Of a stretch of 64,000 nt of DNA, positions 57,696-64,000 are shown one piece after another (positions within the stretch are counted from its first letter, which is position 1; every line of letters starts with the position of its first letter). This DNA is from Bacteroidota bacterium (GTDB taxonomy: Bacteria > Bacteroidota > Ignavibacteria > Kapaibacteriales > UBA961): the NCBI GenBank assembly GCA_018266765.1, contig JAFDZU010000036.1:22240-86239 (forward strand). Direction: 5' to 3'. Below the pieces are notes generated by a model, which saw only the letters and a program-made list of their open reading frames with translations, had not been told where the DNA came from and ran no database searches. A program made the position numbers and the translations under genes.

Positions 57696-59753
57696 TTGAA
57701 ACCCAATCTATTTTGGAAGTATTTTATTGTTCTTGCGCCACTGATTGCAGCAGGTTTTTTGCTGTATCCGTCGTATCGCTCAAGCGACTTAGAAAAAAAA
57801 GAACGAGCATTCAAAGATGCTAACGGAAATATAATTGATTCTATCGGACTTGCTAATTTCAACAGCAAATATGCTGAAGATATTAAAAGTAACAAAGCAA
57901 AACGAATCAAACTTGGACTTGACCTTCGCGGTGGTATGTACGTGATGCTCGAAGTTGATATTGTACAATTACTTAAAGAAGCCGCAGTACATGATGCAAT
58001 TGATGAAGTATTTGAACAAGTAATTGATAAGACACGTAAAGAAACAGATCTCAACGATGACCAAAACGTATTAGATGTTTTTAAAAAGAATTTTAATACA
58101 ATTGCAAAACCCAAAGGAAGAACTCTCATAAATTATTATGAAATTAGCGGAGAAATTTCAGAAGATAAAATTTTAGAGAAACTTAAAAAAGACGTTGATG
58201 ATGCAATTGACCAAGCCAAAGAGGTTATTCGTCAACGTATTGATAAATATGGTGTAAGCGAACCTACAATTACCAAACAAGGTGCTCGCCGAATCGTTTT
58301 GGAACTCCCTGGAGTTAATAACGAAGAGGAAATGCGTAAACTTATAGAAGTTTCTGCTCGTTTGGAATTCAAACTTGTTAGGAATAATCAAGAAATTGTA
58401 CGAACCTTCTATAAAATTGATGAGTATCTGTCGAAAAGTAAGAAAACTTCAGTAGCAACAACAACAGATACAACTAAGACTGACACTTCAGCAGTTAAAG
58501 TAGATTCTACAAAAGTTGCAGTAAATGATTCAACTAAAAAAGATACTTTAAAAACTGCAAAAGTCGATACAACAGATCCTTATGCAGGTCTTCCCAAAGA
58601 AGAAGCTCAAAAGCGGTATGAAAAAGACCATCCTTTTACTTCACTCTTTATCTCTTATTTTATACAAAATGATAAATCTCAACCGATTAGCTATATTAAG
58701 GATGATTTCCCTGAAGGTGAATATTACTTCCAAATACCTAATTCTACACTAGAAAGATTTAATATAATTCTCAATCGTTCTGATATTAAAAGATTAATTC
58801 CTAATGACTTGCAAATTGTAAGAGCCGCCAAATCCAGCAGCCCTGCTAATGCATCGAATCCGATGTATTCGTTTTACAGTTTGAAACGAGATGCAGAATT
58901 AAAAGGTGATGTAGTGACAAATGCTCATGCATCATTCGACCCTCAAACAAATACACCGGTAGTTATCATGGAAATGAACGCTGATGGTTCTGCATCATGG
59001 GCAAGAATTACCGGAGCGAATATTAAGAAAAAAGTAGCAATTGTTTTAGATGATCAAGTATATTCAGCACCTGTCGTTCAAGCAAAGATTACCGGCGGTA
59101 ACTCTTCAATTACAGGTATGCAAAATGCTGAAGAAGCTCATCTTCTTGAAATTGTGTTGAAAGCCGGAGCTTTGAAAGCACCTGTAAAAATTATGGAAGA
59201 ACGTTTAGTTGGACCGTCTCTCGGAGAAGATTCAATTAATAGTGGTCTTACAGCAAGTGCAATAGCATTCGTTATAGTAATACTTTTCATGGCAATATAT
59301 TATTCTACCGGTGGAATGATTGCAAATATCGCTGTGTTAATTAACGTAACACTTATAATGGCAACATTACCACTGTTCCAAGGCACACTAACACTTCCTG
59401 GGATTGCAGGTATAATTCTCACGATAGGTATGGCAGTTGATGCTAATATTCTAATTTTTGAAAGAATACGAGAAGAAATGCTTCGTGGTCGTTCGATGCG
59501 CGGAGCAATTGATGAAGGGTATGGTAAAGCTATGAGTGCGATTGTTGATTCGAACGTAACTACATTTATAACAGGAATAATTTTGTTCTTTTTGGGAACC
59601 GGACCTATTCAAGGCTTTGCTTTAACTCTTATGCTTGGTATTTTAAGTACATTATTTACGGCTATAACTATTACAAGAGCTATGATTGAAATTATGATTT
59701 CACGTGGTTCTCATACGATTAATTTTGGACAACCTAAATCTCATAATGCTTGA
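57696..59753 (+). CDS. secD: protein translocase subunit SecD
   Basis: TTG start. LGLDLRGG, a large periplasmic domain, and the C-terminal 6-TM bundle with GIAGIILTIGMAVDANILIFERIREE. Confidence 0.9.
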   Translation: MKPNLFWKYFIVLAPLIAAGFLLYPSYRSSDLEKKERAFKDANGNIIDSIGLANFNSKYAEDIKSNKAKRIKLGLDLRGGMYVMLEVDIVQLLKEAAVHDAIDEVFEQVIDKTRKETDLNDDQNVLDVFKKNFNTIAKPKGRTLINYYEISGEISEDKILEKLKKDVDDAIDQAKEVIRQRIDKYGVSEPTITKQGARRIVLELPGVNNEEEMRKLIEVSARLEFKLVRNNQEIVRTFYKIDEYLSKSKKTSVATTTDTTKTDTSAVKVDSTKVAVNDSTKKDTLKTAKVDTTDPYAGLPKEEAQKRYEKDHPFTSLFISYFIQNDKSQPISYIKDDFPEGEYYFQIPNSTLERFNIILNRSDIKRLIPNDLQIVRAAKSSSPANASNPMYSFYSLKRDAELKGDVVTNAHASFDPQTNTPVVIMEMNADGSASWARITGANIKKKVAIVLDDQVYSAPVVQAKITGGNSSITGMQNAEEAHLLEIVLKAGALKAPVKIMEERLVGPSLGEDSINSGLTASAIAFVIVILFMAIYYSTGGMIANIAVLINVTLIMATLPLFQGTLTLPGIAGIILTIGMAVDANILIFERIREEMLRGRSMRGAIDEGYGKAMSAIVDSNVTTFITGIILFFLGTGPIQGFALTLMLGILSTLFTAITITRAMIEIMISRGSHTINFGQPKSHNA

Positions 59754-59768
59754 CTTGGAGAATAAACA

Positions 59769-60731
59769 ATGGAATTTTTTCACGGAACAAAGATAGATTT
59801 TTTAAGTAAACGAAATACTTTCATCTACGTATCATTAATTTTGAACGTCATTGGAATATTAGCTCCTATTGTTTTAGGACTACGCTATGGAATTGATTTC
59901 GAAGGTGGTACAGAGCTTACAATGCGATTTTCTCAGAAAATTAATATTTCTGAAATACGTACAGTAGTAGACAAAGAAATTAAGGGGGCTGAAATCAAAT
60001 CCTATGGGAAAGAAAATCAATTTCTAATAAGAGTTGGTACTTCATTAGGAAAAGACGCAGGTAGTATAGTTAAAATGGCAATTCAAAAAGCATATCCCCA
60101 AGAAAATATAGATATTCTTTCTTCCAGTACGATAGGACCCAAAGTAGGTAAAGAACTACGAACAAGTGCACTCATTGCGGTTATTCTTGCTATTTTTGCA
60201 ATTATGTTGTATTTGGCTTTCAGGTTTGAATTTACGTACGGAGTGGGGGCAGCGATTGCCATTGTTCATGACGTATTGGTGACACTAGCTTTGGTGACAG
60301 TTTTTAGTAAACTGGGTATTGTCAATTTGGAAATAAACCAGTCTATGATTGCCGCATTTCTGACAGTAGTTGGATTTTCAGTTAATGATACAGTGATTAT
60401 ATTTGACCGAGTTCGAGAAAATTTAGAACGTCATAAGGGTATGAATCTCATAAAATTAATGAATCTTAGTATAAATGAAACTTTGAGTCGTACTATTAAT
60501 ACTGTTCTCACTGTAGTAATGGTATTGTTAATTATTACATTATTTGGTGGTGAAGTGTTGCAAGGATTCTCATTTACGATGCTCGTTGGAATTTTAACAG
60601 GTACTTATTCATCAATTTATATCGCTAGTACATTTGTTATTTGGTATATTCAAAAAGTCAAAAAAATTGATATTGAAGGTGAACATCATCGTCAACATTT
60701 AGCTGAACTTTCTAAAGCAGCAAAAGCATAA
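59769..60731 (+). CDS. secF: protein translocase subunit SecF
   Basis: GIDFEGGT, and the TM bundle with VGFSVNDTVIIFDRVREN. Confidence 0.9.
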   Translation: MEFFHGTKIDFLSKRNTFIYVSLILNVIGILAPIVLGLRYGIDFEGGTELTMRFSQKINISEIRTVVDKEIKGAEIKSYGKENQFLIRVGTSLGKDAGSIVKMAIQKAYPQENIDILSSSTIGPKVGKELRTSALIAVILAIFAIMLYLAFRFEFTYGVGAAIAIVHDVLVTLALVTVFSKLGIVNLEINQSMIAAFLTVVGFSVNDTVIIFDRVRENLERHKGMNLIKLMNLSINETLSRTINTVLTVVMVLLIITLFGGEVLQGFSFTMLVGILTGTYSSIYIASTFVIWYIQKVKKIDIEGEHHRQHLAELSKAAKA

Positions 60732-60747
60732 TTTGTAAATTAAAACA

Positions 60748-61080
60748 ATGTCAAACTCAACAAATTCTTCGTTATTTGCAATAATACCTTTACGAAGCCG
60801 AGTAATCGGTGGAGCGGATGCACTTGAGTTTAGTTCTGAGTTACGTAAATTTACAGAACAAAATATACAATATGTGATTGTAGATATGAGTGCGGTTGAA
60901 CTCATTAATAGTAGTGGATTAGGAATGTTAGTTAGCGGATTAAGTATTATGCGCAAAATTGGAGGAACTTTAGTACTAGCTGAAGTACCCGAGAAGGTGA
61001 AAGGACTCTTAGAGATGACACATTTAAATACGGTTCTGCAATCATATCCTACAATTAAACAAGCCGAAGAAAGTATATAA
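60748..61080 (+). CDS. STAS domain anti-sigma-factor antagonist (SpoIIAA/RsbV-like)
   Basis: 110 aa. VIVDMSAVELINSSGLGMLV contains the conserved phosphorylatable Ser context. Confidence 0.75.
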   Translation: MSNSTNSSLFAIIPLRSRVIGGADALEFSSELRKFTEQNIQYVIVDMSAVELINSSGLGMLVSGLSIMRKIGGTLVLAEVPEKVKGLLEMTHLNTVLQSYPTIKQAEESI

Positions 61081-61104
61081 TGCTCTCGAATATTACAACA
61101 CAAG

Positions 61105-61140
61105 CTCCGATTTTAGAAGTAAAGTCGGAGTTTTGTATTT
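61105..61140 (+). terminator. intrinsic terminator after the secDF-STAS unit
   Basis: Stem CTCCGATTTT / AAAGTCGGAG followed by TTTTGTATTTT. Confidence 0.65.
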
Positions 61141-61199
61141 TATATATTCTGAAACTAAAAATCTCGATAAATAATTCTTATTAATTACATATAAATTAA

Positions 61200-62486
<1,287 letters not shown>

Positions 62487-62535
62487 TTATAAAGAAAATA
62501 ATTCAAAACGATATTAATTTTGGAGATACTAAATA

Positions 62536-63990
62536 ATGACAACTCAAAAAATTATTGGCGAAGGTCTTACTTTCGATGATGTTCTACTAATACCGGCGTA
62601 TTCAGAGGTGCTTCCACGTGAAACCAACCTTGCTACAAAACTTACTAATACTATATCACTCAATGTTCCAATTCTTTCGGCAGCAATGGATACCGTTACG
62701 GAATCGGATATGGCAATAGGTCTTGCTCGTGAAGGTGGAATGGGAGTAATTCATAAAAATATGACAATAGTTAGGCAAGCTGAAGAAGTTGACAAGGTAA
62801 AACGGTCGGAATCCGGGATGATATTGCAACCCATTGTCTTAAAAGCAAATGACACTGTTCAAGATGCACTTAATCTTATGTCTAAATACCGTATTTCTGG
62901 ATTTCCCGTAGTCGATTCTTTTGGTAAATTAATCGGTGTGGTTACAAATAGAGATTTACGATTTCAATTGTTTGCTCATAGAGAAATAGAATCTGTGATG
63001 ACAAAAGATAATTTAATTACCGCTCCCATCGGAACAACACTCGAAGATGCCGAATTATTATTACAACAACATAGAATTGAAAAATTACCTGTTGTAGATG
63101 ATAAAAACTTACTTTGTGGATTAATCACCTTTAAGGATATTCAGAAGAAGAAAAAATATCCAAATGCTTGCAAAGATAAGCTCGGACGTTTGCGAGTTGG
63201 AGCCGCATTAGGTATTAGTGAAGATACTTTAGAACGTGTTGCCGCACTTCACAAAGTCAACGTAGATTGTGTCTTTATTGATACAGCTCATGGACATTCT
63301 CGCGGAGTAATTGATATGGTTAAGATTGTTAAAGCTGAATTTCCAAAAATACAAGTTGTTGCCGGTAATATTGCAACTGCTTCAGCCGCCGAAGCATTAG
63401 TTAAAGCAGGTGCTGACGGTCTTAAAGTAGGAATCGGACCAGGAAGTATTTGTACAACCAGAATTATAGCCGGAGTAGGAGTTCCGCAACTAACTGCAAT
63501 TATGAACGTAGCACAAGCTTCGAGTGTACCGGTAATTGCCGACGGAGGGATTAAGCAAACAGGAGATATTGCTAAAGCAATTGTTGCAGGTGCAGATGTG
63601 GTTATGATAGGTGGATTATTTGCCGGGCATGAAGAATCACCCGGTGAAAGGGTACTTCTCGAAGGTCGTGCATATAAAACATATAGAGGAATGGGAAGTC
63701 TCGGTGCAATGAATTCTGGTTCCGCAGACCGTTATTTTCAAGATGTAGAAGAAGAAATTAGTAAGCTTGTACCCGAAGGTATCGAAGGAAGAGTTCCATA
63801 CAAAGGTACGGTTGCCGATACAATTTTTCAAATGGCGGGTGGACTACGTGCAGCTATGGGATATTGTGGTTGCAAGACAATTGAAGAAATGAAAATAAAT
63901 GCACAATTTATTAAAATGACAGGTGCAGGATTCAGAGAATCTCATCCTCATGATGTAATTGTGACAAAAGAATCTCCTAACTATTACTGA
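62536..63990 (+). CDS. guaB: IMP dehydrogenase
   Basis: [10 protein letters not shown], tandem CBS domains, catalytic loop [18 protein letters not shown] and YRGMGS. Confidence 0.95.
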   Translation: MTTQKIIGEGLTFDDVLLIPAYSEVLPRETNLATKLTNTISLNVPILSAAMDTVTESDMAIGLAREGGMGVIHKNMTIVRQAEEVDKVKRSESGMILQPIVLKANDTVQDALNLMSKYRISGFPVVDSFGKLIGVVTNRDLRFQLFAHREIESVMTKDNLITAPIGTTLEDAELLLQQHRIEKLPVVDDKNLLCGLITFKDIQKKKKYPNACKDKLGRLRVGAALGISEDTLERVAALHKVNVDCVFIDTAHGHSRGVIDMVKIVKAEFPKIQVVAGNIATASAAEALVKAGADGLKVGIGPGSICTTRIIAGVGVPQLTAIMNVAQASSVPVIADGGIKQTGDIAKAIVAGADVVMIGGLFAGHEESPGERVLLEGRAYKTYRGMGSLGAMNSGSADRYFQDVEEEISKLVPEGIEGRVPYKGTVADTIFQMAGGLRAAMGYCGCKTIEEMKINAQFIKMTGAGFRESHPHDVIVTKESPNYY

Positions 63991-64000
63991 TATTTTACAA

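Noticed and set aside
57539-58129. 196-aa minus-strand ORF
   Set aside because: It is a Ser/Leu/Ile-rich shadow ORF antisense to the secD 5' region. secD on the + strand has an SD and conserved motifs.
60699-61103. 134-aa minus-strand ORF
   Set aside because: It is antisense to the STAS gene, which has the conserved phosphoserine motif. It has no motifs of its own.

Overview
This is an AT-rich 64-kb chromosomal segment from a Gram-negative bacterium. It most likely belongs to the FCB group (Ignavibacteria/Bacteroidota-like). The inference rests on two proteins with T9SS C-terminal sorting domains, lipid A/LPS genes, and many TPR lipoproteins. I support about 58 protein-coding genes, almost all densely packed housekeeping genes: purD (cut by the window edge), dapF, a 5-gene Opp/Yej-type peptide ABC transporter, ldhA, a P2-type cation ATPase, menA, pyrF, folD, rluA-family, prolyl oligopeptidase, lpxB-DUF374-lpxK, gap, dprA, type-2 IDI, recN, secD/secF, purA and guaB. 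There is also one tmRNA (ssrA, minus strand) and one tRNA-His(GTG). I found no CRISPR array, transposase or integrase.

Main points from the hunt:
1. A minimal bufferin-like RiPP locus at 14480-15705. It encodes a Sec-signal precursor with a duplicated 3-Cys module (CKGxNxCKGKGGC, twice), then an intrinsic terminator, then a DUF692/MNIO enzyme. There is no adjacent DUF2063 partner or DoxX gene.
2. A CheB-like methylesterase whose receiver domain has Gly at the phospho-acceptor position (G56). It sits in an operon with two paralogous lipoproteins and a small unknown protein, and no other che genes are nearby.
3. A decayed patch next to ssrA. It holds an N-terminal remnant of a type III R-M Mod methyltransferase and an alpha/beta hydrolase interrupted by two in-frame TGA codons but no frameshift.
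4. An aldo/keto reductase split by a 1-nt deletion in a G run.
5. A PDZ-polytopic-GAF-PP2C phosphatase, and a lone STAS antagonist placed after secDF.

All functional calls come from motif recognition by eye. No database search was run.
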